From contig JAUXGL010000004.1 in NCBI GenBank assembly GCA_030622135.1, forward strand, positions 1-61,880: a stretch of 61,880 nucleotides of DNA, read 5' to 3'. Within the stretch, counting starts at the first letter, position 1. Every line of letters begins with the position of its first letter. The translations under genes and the position numbers were made by a program. The notes under the pieces are model-generated. The model made no database searches and was not told the origin of the DNA. It saw nothing but the letters and a program-made list of their open reading frames with translations. Shown here in pieces: positions 45,377 through 56,783 of this stretch. This DNA is from Deltaproteobacteria bacterium (GTDB lineage: Bacteria; Myxococcota; B64-G9).

Positions 45377-46936
45377 ATGGATTTGCAACAACTAGGAAAA
45401 CAGCCGATCAGCCCGGAGAATCCCGCGGGTATCGACACGTCCGACGAACTGGCGGAGTTCGACAACCTGGAAGATGAGATCCGAAAACTCTCGGTACCGT
45501 CGGTTGCCGGCGGAGGCGTCGACTGGGACCGGGTGGTCGAATTCTCAGAATTCATCCTGGCCGAGAAATTCAAGAGCCTCCGGGTTGCCGTCTACCTGGC
45601 CGTGGCCCTGGCGAGAACCCGCGGTCTGGAGGGACTATCCTCCGGACTGATGATTCTAAAGGATCTTACGGACAATTTCTGGGACAGCTTTTACCCGTCC
45701 AAGCCGCGGGGGCGCCGCGGTGCCCTGGAGTGGTGGTTCGAACGCACCGAGTCCTTCCTGGCGGCCGGTTCCGAGACTCCGGTTCCCGAGGAGTTGGTAA
45801 ACACCACCCTCGGTCAACTGGAAGAGCTCGGACGGCTTCTGTCGGAAAAGATTGAGGACGCCCCGGACATTTCCCGCCTGGGCAGTTATCTGAGAAGTTG
45901 GCCTACCCAGGCCGCCGCAGTGGCTGACCCGGCTCCCGCGCAAACACCGGCGCCTCCAGCTCCGGATACGCCAAAACCTCCGGCCGCCCCGTTATCCACC
46001 GGTGATATCGATACGCCCCAGGATGCCGAGCGAGCGCTGGAGACCAACCTGCGTCAGCTGGTTTTGGTGTCCGATCAACTCTTGCGCCAGGATCCGTCCA
46101 ACCCTCTGGCCTATCATTTAATCCGTATCGGCTCCTGGCTTACCGTAGGCCTGCCCCCTCCGACCACCAGCGGTAACCAGACAGCCCTGCCGCCGCCGGA
46201 TGCCATGGTTCGCAGTGGGATCGAGAGATTGCTGACCGGCCACGACTATGAGGCGGCGATCGGTCAGGCCGAGGAGCGAGTGGGCGAGTTTCTGTTCTGG
46301 CTGGATCTGAGCCGCTTTACCTTCCAGGCCCTAGAGCAGTTGGGGGGCAGGTATCAGATGGCCATGGAAGCGGTAGCCGGTCAGACCGTCCTTTACTTCG
46401 GCCGGCTGTCTGGCTTGGAAAACCTGGCTTTTTCCGACGGTACCCCCTTCGCCGACCCGGAAACCCGGGCCTGGCTGAATTCCATCACCGCTCAGGAAGC
46501 CGCTGCCTCCCCGATTTTGGCCGCCAACGGTGACGGCTCGGGCATCGAGGCCGAAGTGGCCGAGGTGTTTCTTGAAGCCCAGGGGCTGATAAAGGACAAG
46601 CAGCTTTCCGAGGCCGTGATGCTGCTGCACCATCACCTGGCTAGGGGCGGCTCGGGTCAGGAGCGTTTCACCTGGCGCATCGCCCTGGCCCAACTCCTGC
46701 TCGGTGCCGGTCAGATTGATCTGGCCCGTCCGCACCTGGAGCAACTGCTTAGCCAGGTTGAGGAGTACCAACTGGAGCAGTGGGATCCCAGGCTGGCCCT
46801 CCAGGCCCTGATGCTGGTCCATCAGGGGTTGTCCGGAGACGCCCGGCCCGAGGCCCAGGAGAAGGGAGCCGGGGCTTTCGACCGGATAGTCCAGATCAAC
46901 CCGGCGGCCGCCTTGCAAATCAAGAGCAAATCATGA
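45377..46936 (+). CDS. tssA: T6SS TssA (ImpA N-terminal + VasJ-like)
   Basis: PISPENPAG, VDWDRV, KSLRVAVYL, FWLDL, FSDGTPFAD, LEQWDP. Confidence 0.92.
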   Translation: MDLQQLGKQPISPENPAGIDTSDELAEFDNLEDEIRKLSVPSVAGGGVDWDRVVEFSEFILAEKFKSLRVAVYLAVALARTRGLEGLSSGLMILKDLTDNFWDSFYPSKPRGRRGALEWWFERTESFLAAGSETPVPEELVNTTLGQLEELGRLLSEKIEDAPDISRLGSYLRSWPTQAAAVADPAPAQTPAPPAPDTPKPPAAPLSTGDIDTPQDAERALETNLRQLVLVSDQLLRQDPSNPLAYHLIRIGSWLTVGLPPPTTSGNQTALPPPDAMVRSGIERLLTGHDYEAAIGQAEERVGEFLFWLDLSRFTFQALEQLGGRYQMAMEAVAGQTVLYFGRLSGLENLAFSDGTPFADPETRAWLNSITAQEAAASPILAANGDGSGIEAEVAEVFLEAQGLIKDKQLSEAVMLLHHHLARGGSGQERFTWRIALAQLLLGAGQIDLARPHLEQLLSQVEEYQLEQWDPRLALQALMLVHQGLSGDARPEAQEKGAGAFDRIVQINPAAALQIKSKS

Positions 46937-47005
46937 AAACTTCGGGAATAGCGATCCGCGGGAAAAAAAGTAGTTTGGAAAACATCACCATATAAGGAGT
47001 GGTCC

Positions 47006-47497
47006 ATGGCAAAAGAACTCTCAGTGGCACCTAAGGAACGTGTCAATATCGTCTACCGGCCGGCAACCGGTGATGCCCAGGAAGAAGTGGAGCTTCCGTT
47101 CAGGCTTCTAGTCCTGGGAGATTTCAACCAGAAAGAGGACGACCGCGAGGTGGAAGATCGCGATCCCATCAACGTGGATCCCAACAACTTCAACGATGTC
47201 CTCAAAGAGCAGAAGATCGCGCTGGATATCACCGTGCCCAACAAGCTCTCCGAGGTGGAGGGCGAAGAGATGGCGGTGAAGCTGAACATCAACCACATCA
47301 AGGATTTCGAACCGGATCGGATTATCAAGAAGGTACCCGAACTAGCCAAGCTGCTGGAGTTGCGCGAGGCGCTCAAGGCTCTCAAGGCACCGCTGGGCAA
47401 CGTGCCGGCATTCAGGAAGAAACTCCAGTCGCTGATTTCCGACCAAGGGGCCCGTGAGCGGCTGCTCAAGGAACTGGGCATTGACGAAGAGAAATGA
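47006..47497 (+). CDS. tssB: T6SS sheath small subunit TssB
   Basis: SVAPKERVNIVY, ELPF..LVLGDF, VPELAKLLELREAL. Confidence 0.96.
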   Translation: MAKELSVAPKERVNIVYRPATGDAQEEVELPFRLLVLGDFNQKEDDREVEDRDPINVDPNNFNDVLKEQKIALDITVPNKLSEVEGEEMAVKLNINHIKDFEPDRIIKKVPELAKLLELREALKALKAPLGNVPAFRKKLQSLISDQGARERLLKELGIDEEK

Positions 47498-47508
47498 GGA
47501 GGCGAATC

Positions 47509-48990
47509 ATGGCCGATGTAGAAAAAGAAAAGACACAAGCAGCAGAAGAGGCGGTCGAAGATGGCTCGTCACTTCTGGATCAGATAGTTGAAGCTACCAA
47601 GATCAAACCCAAGGACGAGGAATATTCACTTACCCGGGTGGGAGTCCAGGCCTTCATCGACGAGATGCTCAAGCCGGGCCGCGAAGGCCAGAAGATCAGC
47701 GGGGCCATCGTGGACGAGATGATCGCCAATATCGATCATAAGATGAGCTCCCAGGTCAGCGCCATCCTGCATACCAAGGATTTCCAGAAGCTGGAGTCCT
47801 CCTGGCTGTCGCTCAAGTATCTGGTGGAGAACACCAACTTCAAGGAGAACATCAAGATCTCCGTGGTGAACGTGAGCAAGGACGATCTTCTGGACGATTT
47901 CAAGGACAAGATGGACGTAGTCAAGTCCGGGCTGTACAAGACCGCCTATACCGCCGAATATGGCACTCACGGCGGTGAGCCTTACGGCGGCATCATTGCC
48001 AACTACGACTTCGGCCCTGGGGCCCAGGACATGAAGCTGCTGGGTTACGTGGCCAGCGTGGCCGCCATGGCCCATGCGCCGTTCATTGCCGCGGCCAATG
48101 AGGAGTTCTTCAAGATCGACTCTTTCTCCGAGCTTGCCGGAATGAAGGACATCAAGTCCACGCTTGAGCGCCATGCCAAGTGGCAGGGATTTCGGGAGTC
48201 CGAAGACTCGCGTTACGTGGGCCTAACCCTGCCCCGGTTTCTGCTGCGCCTGCCTTACTCGCCGGACACCGTACCGGCCAAGAGCTTCACCTTCAAGGAA
48301 GAGGTGGGCCCGGGCGATGACGATTTTTGTTGGGGTAACACGGCGTTCACCTTTGCCAGCCGCATGACCGCCAGCTTCGCCAGTTACCGGCTGTGCGCCA
48401 ATATCATCGGACCCCGCGGCGGTGGCACCGTGGAAGACATGCCGGTCTATGAGTATGAGGCCATGGGAGCCGTCCAGGCCAAGATCCCCACCCAGGTGGA
48501 GGTTTCCGATCGTATGGAATTCATCCTGGCCGAGGAAGGTTTCATGGCCTTGACCATGCGCAAGGGCAAGGACAACGCCACCTTCTTCTCGGCCAACTCG
48601 GTCCAGAGACCCAAGACCTTCGGAAACACCAAGGAGGGTAAGGAAGCCGAGACCAACTTCAAGCTGGGCACCCAGTTCCCCTACATGATGGTAGTCAACC
48701 GTCTGGCGCACTATCTCAAGGTCATCCAGCGCGAGAACCTGGGTAGCTGGAAGGGCCGGGGAGAGTTGGAGGACGAGCTTAACAAGTGGATCTCCCAGTA
48801 CATCTCTGATATGGGCAATCCATCCCAGGCGGTGCGCAGCCGCAGACCACTGCGCAAGGCCCAGATTGACGTGACCGATGTGGAAGGTGATCCGGGCTGG
48901 TATCGGGTATCCATGAAGGTCGTGCCCCACTTCAAGTTCATGGGCGCGTCTTTTACCTTGTCTTTGGTTGGTAAACTGGACAAGCAGTAA
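47509..48990 (+). CDS. tssC: T6SS sheath large subunit TssC
   Basis: FQKLESSW, EYGTHGGEPYG, PRFLLRLPY, RLAHYLKVIQRE, PHFK. Confidence 0.96.
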   Translation: MADVEKEKTQAAEEAVEDGSSLLDQIVEATKIKPKDEEYSLTRVGVQAFIDEMLKPGREGQKISGAIVDEMIANIDHKMSSQVSAILHTKDFQKLESSWLSLKYLVENTNFKENIKISVVNVSKDDLLDDFKDKMDVVKSGLYKTAYTAEYGTHGGEPYGGIIANYDFGPGAQDMKLLGYVASVAAMAHAPFIAAANEEFFKIDSFSELAGMKDIKSTLERHAKWQGFRESEDSRYVGLTLPRFLLRLPYSPDTVPAKSFTFKEEVGPGDDDFCWGNTAFTFASRMTASFASYRLCANIIGPRGGGTVEDMPVYEYEAMGAVQAKIPTQVEVSDRMEFILAEEGFMALTMRKGKDNATFFSANSVQRPKTFGNTKEGKEAETNFKLGTQFPYMMVVNRLAHYLKVIQRENLGSWKGRGELEDELNKWISQYISDMGNPSQAVRSRRPLRKAQIDVTDVEGDPGWYRVSMKVVPHFKFMGASFTLSLVGKLDKQ

Positions 48991-49024
48991 CTTTGACGAT
49001 CACTTGCGGAAAGGGGAGAAAATC

Positions 49025-49516
49025 ATGGCAATGACGAGTTATCTGAAATTAGAAGGCATTGAACAGGGATCCATCGAGGGAGATTGCGCCCAGAAGGCCA
49101 ACCTGAACTGGATCCTGGTCTACGGCACCGAGTCAAAGATCGGCATACCCACCGATCCTCTGACCGGCTTGCCTACCGGTCAGCGGGTACACGGCCCGTT
49201 CAAGATCATAAAGCGGATGGATCCAGCCACTCCCCAGCTCTACCAGGCCTGCGCCACCGGAGAGCACATGAAGTCCTGGGAGCTGGTTTACAAGAGGATC
49301 AACGATAAGGGCATGGAGGAAGTCTTCTTCACCATCAAGCTGGAGAACTCCATCGTGGTTTCCATGAAGCACTACAAGCCCCTGGCCTTCCTGGAGGAGA
49401 ACAAACCCTACCACGACATGGAAGAGGTCTCGTTCACCTACTCGCGGATCACCTGGACCCACAATATTGCCAGCCGGGAAGCAGTGGATGACTGGAAGGA
49501 GCCCAAGGGCGGCTGA
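49025..49516 (+). CDS. hcp: T6SS tube protein Hcp (TssD)
   Basis: YLKLEGIEQGSIEG, PTGQRVHGP, EEVSFTY..ITWTH, DDW. Confidence 0.96.
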   Translation: MAMTSYLKLEGIEQGSIEGDCAQKANLNWILVYGTESKIGIPTDPLTGLPTGQRVHGPFKIIKRMDPATPQLYQACATGEHMKSWELVYKRINDKGMEEVFFTIKLENSIVVSMKHYKPLAFLEENKPYHDMEEVSFTYSRITWTHNIASREAVDDWKEPKGG

Positions 49517-49558
49517 CGAGTATCGGTTACATGCAGGTGAATCCGACTGGAGACGCGC

Positions 49559-49978
49559 ATGCCCAAAGAGCGTCTGCTAGAAAGAATTCGGCGGATCGAG
49601 GCGAATCCCAACTATCGAGGGTTGACCAACTCTGCTCAGGTGGTGGAATCCATCCTGCGTCACCTTCAGAAGGTGCTGAACACGCGCCAGGGTAATGCCC
49701 TGATTGGCGATGACTACGGAATGCCGGACTTCACCGACCTGGTAATGGCCTTTTCCTCGGGGGCGGTGAAGGATCTGGCTCGATCCATCTCCCGGGTTAT
49801 CCAGAAGTTCGAACCCCGCCTGAGCGGAATCAAAGTCAGAGTCGATCCGCGGCAAAGCGACTCCTTCGAGCTGCACTTCAGGATTGCGGGCAAGCTGACC
49901 ATGGAAGACAACGTGTATGTTCCGGTCACCTTTGCCACAGTGGTGGACCCAGACGGCAGGATTACAGTGAGTCAGTAG
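49559..49978 (+). CDS. tssE: T6SS baseplate TssE (gp25-like)
   Basis: HLQKVLNTRQG, DYGMPD, FEPRL. Confidence 0.95.
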   Translation: MPKERLLERIRRIEANPNYRGLTNSAQVVESILRHLQKVLNTRQGNALIGDDYGMPDFTDLVMAFSSGAVKDLARSISRVIQKFEPRLSGIKVRVDPRQSDSFELHFRIAGKLTMEDNVYVPVTFATVVDPDGRITVSQ

Positions 49979-49996
49979 CTGGAGGACCAGGGAGCC

Positions 49997-51730
49997 ATGG
50001 TTGAACGATATTACCAGAAGGAGCTGGTGCACCTGAGGGAGCTCGCCGTGGAGTTCGCCAGGGCTCATCCGGCCCTGGCTCCCATGCTGTCCGGACCCAC
50101 CCAGGACCCGGACGTTGAGCGCCTTTTGGAAGGCACGGCCTTCCTGACCGGTATGTTGCGGGAAAAGCTGGACGACGAGTTCCCCGAGGTCATCCATGGG
50201 CTGATCCAGTTGACTTTCCCCCATTACCTCAGACCCCTGCCCGCAACCACCCTGATAAAATTCGCTCCCCTGCCGGGGCTCAGGGAATCTCTGAACATCC
50301 CGGCGGGAACCGAGTTGGCCTCGGTCGCGGTGGAGGGCACCCAGTGCATTTTCAGAACTTGCTATGACGTGGAGGTCTCCCCGCTGCGGATCACCGAGGC
50401 GGTTTTCAAGCAACAGCCGGGCCAGCCTGCCCGCCTGCACCTGGGTTTCGAATTGGCCGGCCTGACGCTGGCCGAGTGGCAGAAAAAGAGCGTCCGGCTG
50501 TACATAGCCGGCACCTATCCCGAGGCCGCCACCATTCGCAGCCTTTTTTTCAAGCATGTGCAGAGAGCCCGGATCTGGGCATCCCCGGGCGGGTCGTCCA
50601 CTGAATTACCCGCCGACTTCCAGAAGCCAGTGGGACTCGGCACTTCGGAAGGCCTGTTTCCCTATCCGGGACACGCCTATCCCGGATACCGGCTGCTTCA
50701 AGAGTATTTCCTGCTGCCGGAGAAGTTCTTGTTTGTCGACATAACCGGCTTAGACAGCTGGCAAGACCGGGGGGCGGGCAACCAGTTCTCCATGGAATTC
50801 CAGTTCGGCAAACTGCCCGCGGTTCTGCCGGCCATAAAGAGAGAAAACTTCGTGTTGTTTGCATCTCCGGCGACCAATCTGTTCTCGCACGATGCCGATC
50901 CTGTCAACCTCGACCATAAGCAAACCGAGTACCGCATCACTCCCGGCGGAGACGATCCTTCTCACTACCAGGTGTACTCGGTAGAGAGGGTCACCGGGTT
51001 GGCTCCCGGAACCGCCCGCCGCAGGGAATACACTCCCTTCGAACTCTTTACCGCCGACGAGAAGGGCATGGGTCACTACACAATCAATCGCCGATTGTCT
51101 CAAGTGCGTCCGGAGGCCGAGACCTTCCTTTCGGTGGTTTATCCTCCCCGGGCCGGTCCCCCGACCATGGAGACTCTGTCGATAGAGCTGCTGTGTACCA
51201 ACGCGTCTCTGCCCGAAAGCCTCAAGCTGGGTGACATCTGCCGACCCACTGCAACTTCGCCGGACCTGTGCGAGTTCAAAAACATACGGGCCCCCACCTT
51301 GCCACAGCAGCCGCCCCTGGATCGGAACCTCTTGTGGCGATTCCTGTCTCATCTGTCCTTGAATATGTTGTCGCTGGCGAACCGCGACAATCTCAAGCAG
51401 TTGCTCAGGCTCTACATCTTTCCAGAAGGTCGGGACCGAACCACCATCGTAGCCAACCAGAGACGGATCGAAGGTATTACCGGTGTGGAGGTGAGGACGG
51501 TCAAACGCCTGGTGTCAGGGTTGCCCATGCAGGGTCAAGAGATCCTGATGGAGGTGGACTCAAGCCATTTCGCGGGCACCGGCGATCTTTACCTTTTTGG
51601 AACCATACTGGACATGTTCCTGGGAGCATACGCCAGCATCAACAGCTTTTCCCATTTCAAGATGAAAGATTCGGTTACAGGAGAGATCACCACATGGCCG
51701 GTGCGGATAGGAGATCGCCCGCTGATTTGA
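49997..51730 (+). CDS. tssF: T6SS baseplate TssF
   Basis: YYQKEL, DPDVERLLEG, GYRLLQEYF, LWRFLSHLSLN, YASINSF. Confidence 0.96.
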   Translation: MVERYYQKELVHLRELAVEFARAHPALAPMLSGPTQDPDVERLLEGTAFLTGMLREKLDDEFPEVIHGLIQLTFPHYLRPLPATTLIKFAPLPGLRESLNIPAGTELASVAVEGTQCIFRTCYDVEVSPLRITEAVFKQQPGQPARLHLGFELAGLTLAEWQKKSVRLYIAGTYPEAATIRSLFFKHVQRARIWASPGGSSTELPADFQKPVGLGTSEGLFPYPGHAYPGYRLLQEYFLLPEKFLFVDITGLDSWQDRGAGNQFSMEFQFGKLPAVLPAIKRENFVLFASPATNLFSHDADPVNLDHKQTEYRITPGGDDPSHYQVYSVERVTGLAPGTARRREYTPFELFTADEKGMGHYTINRRLSQVRPEAETFLSVVYPPRAGPPTMETLSIELLCTNASLPESLKLGDICRPTATSPDLCEFKNIRAPTLPQQPPLDRNLLWRFLSHLSLNMLSLANRDNLKQLLRLYIFPEGRDRTTIVANQRRIEGITGVEVRTVKRLVSGLPMQGQEILMEVDSSHFAGTGDLYLFGTILDMFLGAYASINSFSHFKMKDSVTGEITTWPVRIGDRPLI

Positions 51731-52707
51731 ACGGCGATCTTTTCGAGAATCCTTCTAGTTACTCCTTCTATCAGGTGGTCAGGCTCTTGCGCTTGCGCGC
51801 CAATCAAGACCGGCCAATCGCCAGCGACAAGTTTCTCAGGGAACAGCTGCGGGCAAGGCCTCATCTGTCTCTGGGGTTCCCGGGGACCGACGTGGTGGAT
51901 GTAGTGGAGAGTTCAATTGACCAGGTGAGGCGCTTCCTGGTCTCGGTGTCTTTTCTGGGCCTCTACGGAGTCTCCTCGCCGCTGCCCACCCATTACACCG
52001 AGGACCTGATCCGGGAAGAGATGGATGACCAGGTGGTGGCCCGGGACTTTCTGGACATTCTGAGCGGGCCCATTTATCGTCTGCTGTTTCAAACCTGGAG
52101 CAAGTATCGCTGGGCCTTGCGGGTATCCGAGGAAGAGGATCAGGATTGCCTCGAGCGGCTTTTCTGCCTGGTGGGGCTGGGATCGGAATCGCTCCGCCGG
52201 AGCGTTCCCCGGCCCCGGAGATTGCTGCGTTACTTGGGGCTGTTTTCTCAGTCTCCCCGCTCGGCTCTGGGGCTTCGAACCTTGCTATCCGACGCTTTAG
52301 AGGTGCCCAGCCTGGAAATCACTCCTTGCCTGAAGCATTGGGTGGAGATTCCCGCGGACCAACGCTGTCGCCTGGGTGGGCAAGGAGCCAGTCTGGGAGA
52401 AGATTGCTACCTGGGTGCCCAAATAGAAGACCGCATGGGCAAGATACGTATTACCGCCGGGCCCCTGGAAGAAGACAAATTCTATGGATTGCTCCCGGGC
52501 GCTCCATTGAATCAGGAGTTTGGATCATTGATGAATGCCTACCTGAACCAGCCCATGGATTGCGAGCTCAAGCTCATCCTGAATCCCGAGGCGATTCACA
52601 CCGTGATACTGGGCCAGCCCAAGGGCTCGGGCCTGGGCAAGGACAGTTGGGTTTTCTCGGGGCCGAGGTTCGAGGGGGAGGTAGCCATTACGTTTCAATG
52701 TCAATAA
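51694..52707 (+). CDS. tssG: T6SS baseplate TssG
   Basis: YSFYQVVRLL, SFLGLYGVSSPLPTHYTEDL; canonical overlap with the tssF end. Confidence 0.94.
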   Translation: MAGADRRSPADLNGDLFENPSSYSFYQVVRLLRLRANQDRPIASDKFLREQLRARPHLSLGFPGTDVVDVVESSIDQVRRFLVSVSFLGLYGVSSPLPTHYTEDLIREEMDDQVVARDFLDILSGPIYRLLFQTWSKYRWALRVSEEEDQDCLERLFCLVGLGSESLRRSVPRPRRLLRYLGLFSQSPRSALGLRTLLSDALEVPSLEITPCLKHWVEIPADQRCRLGGQGASLGEDCYLGAQIEDRMGKIRITAGPLEEDKFYGLLPGAPLNQEFGSLMNAYLNQPMDCELKLILNPEAIHTVILGQPKGSGLGKDSWVFSGPRFEGEVAITFQCQ

Positions 52708-52782
52708 AGGCGCTCCTGGGCGCAATATCGAGATACTTGTATTGATCCTGGAATTCGGATCTTACCAACAGAGGAGTGAGTC

Positions 52783-55434
52783 ATGATAAATGTCGACATG
52801 AAGTCCCTCTTGTCCAAGTTGAATGGGTTTTGCACCAACGCTTTACACTCGGCTGCGGGTCTGTGCGTCTCCCGCACCCACTACGAGGTCACGGTGGAGC
52901 ACTTCCTGCTGAAGGCCCTGGCGGATCCCACCTGCGATCTGGGTCTGATCCTGCGGCGTTTCGAGATGGATCCCGGACGCCTGTCCGCGGCCTTGACCGA
53001 CACCCTGGAGGATCTCAAGGCCGGCAACTCCGGCAAGCCGGTCTTCTCTCCGCTGCTGATGGAGCTGTTCGAGCGGGCCTGGATGTTTGCCTCTATCGAT
53101 CTGGGAGAAGCCCGGCTGCGTTCAGGCGCCTTGCTGCTGGCCTTTGTGTCCAGGCCCACATTCTTTGCTTCGGGACGTTATGCCGACTTGCTTTCGGCCA
53201 TCGGATCCGAATCCCTGCTCAAAGAATTCTGGAGCATTGTCAAGGGATCCTCGGAGCAAAGATCCGCCGCCGCGGCTGCAACCCCGGAGAAGGGGGCCGC
53301 ACCCGGGGCCGCGGGCCAGGGATTCACCGAGCAGTTCTGTACCGATTTTACGGCCCAGGCCGGCGACGGCAAGATCGACCCGGTATTCGGCCGCGACTCC
53401 GAGATTCGCAAAATAGTGGACATCCTGGCCCGGCGGCGCAAGAACAATCCCATTCTGGTGGGTGAGCCCGGCGTGGGCAAAACCGCCGTCATCGAGGGGC
53501 TGGCGCTGCGTATCGTAGAGGGCGACGTACCTCAGATGTTGGCCGACACCACTCTTTTGGGTCTGGACATGGGAGCCCTGGAGGCCGGGGCGGGCATGAA
53601 GGGCGAGTTCGAGAATCGGCTCAGGGGAGTGCTTTCCGAGATCAAGGGCTCGGAGAAGCCGGTGATCCTTTTCATAGACGAGGCGCATACCCTGATCGGC
53701 GCCGGTGGCAAGGCGGGTGGCGGAGACGCGGCCAACCTGCTCAAACCGGCCCTGGCGCGCGGCGAGTTGCGTACCTGCGCGGCCACCACCTGGAGCGAGT
53801 ACAAGAAGTACTTCGAGAAAGACCCGGCGCTGGCCCGCCGGTTCCAGCTGGTGACACTCCCCGAGCCCGACGTGGAGACCGCCACCCTGATTCTCCGGGG
53901 TTTGAAGGACAAATACGAGGCCTCTCACCAGGTGGTTGTGCGCGACGACGCGGTCGAGCAGGCCGCCGTGCTGGCTGACCGCTATATTTCGGGACGATTC
54001 CTGCCGGACAAGGCCATCGACTTGCTGGACACCAGCTGCGCCCGTATCAAGGTCAACCTTTCGGCCAAGCCCGCCAAGCTCGAAGACCAGGAGCGCATCA
54101 TCCAGGCCCTGGAGCGACAGATCAAGGCCCTGGACCGAGATCAATCCCATGGCCGGGAGATCGACTTAGAGATCTACCGGCAACTCACCGATGACCGGGA
54201 AAAGGCCCGGCACAACGCGGAAGAGATCGAGGCCCATTGGAAACAAGAGCGCGAGGCGGCCCATCAGGTGATCGCGCTGCGCAACCAGATCCAGGACGCG
54301 GTGGAAGACAAACCCGAGTCCGGCAACACCGAGCTGAAACAGCAATTGGATCAGGCCGGCCAGAAGCTGGTTTCACTGCAGGGAGATACTCCACTGGTGC
54401 AGGTAGAGGTGAGCCCGGACGTAGTCGCCCAGGTGGTCTCGGACTGGACCAGCATTCCCGTGGGTCGCATGCTCAGAGACCAGGCCCAGACAGTCATTCA
54501 CCTGCAGGACCGGCTCAAGGAGCGTATCAAGGGCCAGGACCACGCCCTGGACGCCATGGCCGAGGTTATTCGGGCGGCCAAGGCGGGCATCAAGAATCCC
54601 AACACGCCGATGGGAGTGTTTTTGCTGGTGGGCCCCAGCGGGGTGGGCAAGACCGAGACCGCCCTGGCCCTGGCCGAGCAGTTGTTCGGAGGTGAACGCA
54701 ACGTGGTCACCGTAAACATGAGCGAGTTCCAGGAGTCGCACTCAACCAGCCGGCTCATCGGCGCGCCTCCGGGTTACGTGGGCTTTGGGGAAGGCGGTAT
54801 GCTCACCGAAGCCGTCCGGCAGCAGCCCTACTCCGTGGTGCTGCTGGACGAGGTGGAAAAGGCTCACCTGGACGTCATGAACCTCTTCTACCAGGTGTTC
54901 GACAAGGGAACCCTCACCGACGGCGAGGGCAAGGAGATCAACTTCAAGAACACGGTGATGATCCTGACTTCCAACCTGGCCACCGACGTTATCCAGGAAA
55001 TGACCGCGGGAGGAGAGCCCATCCCGGTGGATGCGGTACTGGGTGCGGTACGGCCCATCCTGTCTGCTCACTTCAAGCCCGCCCTGCTGGCTCGGATGAG
55101 CGTGATTCCTTTCTTCAGCCTCGACCCAGAGGCCATGAAGACCATCGTGGAGCTGAAGCTCTCGAGCCTGAGCCGCACTCTGATGGAAAACAACAAGATG
55201 GCCTTCAACTACACCCCCGCGGTAGTGGACCAGATTGCCGCGCGCTGTACCGAGGTGGAGACCGGGGCGCGCAACATCGAGTATATCCTTAACGGCAACG
55301 TGCTTCCCCAACTGTCGCGGACCATACTCTCCCACCTGGCCGAGGGCAGTATGCCGTCCGGGGTCAGCCTGGACGTAGGAGAGCAGGGCGCCTTCCAGGT
55401 TGAATTCAACACCGACCAGAAAGCAGGTAACTAA
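52783..55434 (+). CDS. tssH: T6SS AAA+ ATPase ClpV (TssH)
   Basis: [10 protein letters not shown], two AAA+ modules (GEPGVGKT; GPSGVGKT), [15 protein letters not shown]. Confidence 0.97.
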   Translation: MINVDMKSLLSKLNGFCTNALHSAAGLCVSRTHYEVTVEHFLLKALADPTCDLGLILRRFEMDPGRLSAALTDTLEDLKAGNSGKPVFSPLLMELFERAWMFASIDLGEARLRSGALLLAFVSRPTFFASGRYADLLSAIGSESLLKEFWSIVKGSSEQRSAAAAATPEKGAAPGAAGQGFTEQFCTDFTAQAGDGKIDPVFGRDSEIRKIVDILARRRKNNPILVGEPGVGKTAVIEGLALRIVEGDVPQMLADTTLLGLDMGALEAGAGMKGEFENRLRGVLSEIKGSEKPVILFIDEAHTLIGAGGKAGGGDAANLLKPALARGELRTCAATTWSEYKKYFEKDPALARRFQLVTLPEPDVETATLILRGLKDKYEASHQVVVRDDAVEQAAVLADRYISGRFLPDKAIDLLDTSCARIKVNLSAKPAKLEDQERIIQALERQIKALDRDQSHGREIDLEIYRQLTDDREKARHNAEEIEAHWKQEREAAHQVIALRNQIQDAVEDKPESGNTELKQQLDQAGQKLVSLQGDTPLVQVEVSPDVVAQVVSDWTSIPVGRMLRDQAQTVIHLQDRLKERIKGQDHALDAMAEVIRAAKAGIKNPNTPMGVFLLVGPSGVGKTETALALAEQLFGGERNVVTVNMSEFQESHSTSRLIGAPPGYVGFGEGGMLTEAVRQQPYSVVLLDEVEKAHLDVMNLFYQVFDKGTLTDGEGKEINFKNTVMILTSNLATDVIQEMTAGGEPIPVDAVLGAVRPILSAHFKPALLARMSVIPFFSLDPEAMKTIVELKLSSLSRTLMENNKMAFNYTPAVVDQIAARCTEVETGARNIEYILNGNVLPQLSRTILSHLAEGSMPSGVSLDVGEQGAFQVEFNTDQKAGN

Positions 55435-56219
55435 TGACCAAGGCCGTGTGGATAACTTCCCTCAACCAGGAAACCGGTAAGCCGGCCACCGGCGAGCTTC
55501 AGCAGACCGTCGTGAAATACGGCCTGGACGCCCTGGGCCACTACTGGGTTGACGACCTGGAAAAGGCGGTCTGGGCCGCGGTCCTCGATGAGCTCAAAAA
55601 ACCCGAGGTGGCTGTGTGGGTAATCCTGGGCACACAGGAGGATTTCGAGCGGGATTCCTTTCGTTTTGGACTCTCGCTGATCGCCATCGGCCTGCAGGCG
55701 CAAAAGGGCCACGGGTTTCCCATTCTGCTGATGGTTACCCAGGGGGAACTCAGCCCCGAATCGCTTCCCACTCCCTTGAAGGGCGCGGACATCCTCGGAG
55801 CCGGTACGCCCGCCACGGGAGCCAAGCTGGTGGCCAAGGCCAACACTCCGGTTCCCCAGGTGGCATCCGACTACCGCCTGAATATATACGGACTTCCCGG
55901 ACTGGGCACCTGGTTCGAGGTGGGCCCGAGCCAGGGTCATACCTGGGCCGGGGCCATGTTGGGGGTCATGGATGGCAAGATTCACGCCCACGGGGTGGGC
56001 CCCAGGGAAGTCCTGCCCCAGAAGGCCGTGTTGGAGTATCCCTCGCAGGGGCTGAAGCTGGAGTTGGGCGGCGACCAGTATATTGCCTGGGCGCTCAAGA
56101 ACCAGCTCACCGAGTCGGATTCCTATTTCGTGGGAGTCAAGGAATGCCCGAAATCTCTGGTCTTCGGTCCCCACCCCGAGGCCGACGACGCTGAAGTCTA
56201 CAGCGTCAGACTCAAGTAA
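55434..56219 (+). CDS. Hypothetical protein translationally coupled to tssH
   Basis: TAATG stop/start overlap; 261-aa ORF with no motif I recognise. Confidence 0.8.
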   Translation: MTKAVWITSLNQETGKPATGELQQTVVKYGLDALGHYWVDDLEKAVWAAVLDELKKPEVAVWVILGTQEDFERDSFRFGLSLIAIGLQAQKGHGFPILLMVTQGELSPESLPTPLKGADILGAGTPATGAKLVAKANTPVPQVASDYRLNIYGLPGLGTWFEVGPSQGHTWAGAMLGVMDGKIHAHGVGPREVLPQKAVLEYPSQGLKLELGGDQYIAWALKNQLTESDSYFVGVKECPKSLVFGPHPEADDAEVYSVRLK

Positions 56220-56303
56220 GTCACCCGGCGATCAAGTTTCTTTGTGATTCTGCCTTCAGGAAAATCCCTCCCGGTCGGGTGGAAATGCTGACTGCTTTCA
56301 CCT

Positions 56304-56783
56304 CTAGGCCGGTGGACTCTTTTTGGAGTCGATGAGCAGCACGGCGTTGTTTTCATGGATGCTAATTCCGTGCACGCAGTCAAATGGGTGTTTCTCCACG
56401 TAGCGGGCCGCCTGGATGTCGGGGGGGGTCTGCAGATCCAGGGTCACCCGGTAGACAGTAGGTTGCTGGAGATCGGGGCGTGCCTCCAGGCTCAGGTAGC
56501 GGATCATCTCGTGTGCCTCTCGAACCATTCTGGCCGCGTACCGGCGGGTCGGATCATTGGGGTCGGGGGAAGGCTCCCGGGCCGCAGGAACGGATTCAGG
56601 TTCTATATCGGCTGGCCGGGGGGATGAGCCATCGGTCGGCCGGGCCTGAATGGGCTTGTTCTGTAAATCCGCCTCGAGTTCCGCGATACGCCTCTTGGCC
56701 TGGGCCACGCGTCGCCGGAATACAAGCGCGACGCTGCTTGTCACCAGGAGCATGACCAGAGCTGCGATTAACGCAAAATCCAT
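56304..56783 (-). CDS. Hypothetical single-TM protein
   Basis: GGAGG RBS; N-terminal TM, coiled coil, Pro-rich linker. Confidence 0.72.
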   Translation of the reverse strand: MDFALIAALVMLLVTSSVALVFRRRVAQAKRRIAELEADLQNKPIQARPTDGSSPRPADIEPESVPAAREPSPDPNDPTRRYAARMVREAHEMIRYLSLEARPDLQQPTVYRVTLDLQTPPDIQAARYVEKHPFDCVHGISIHENNAVLLIDSKKSPPA

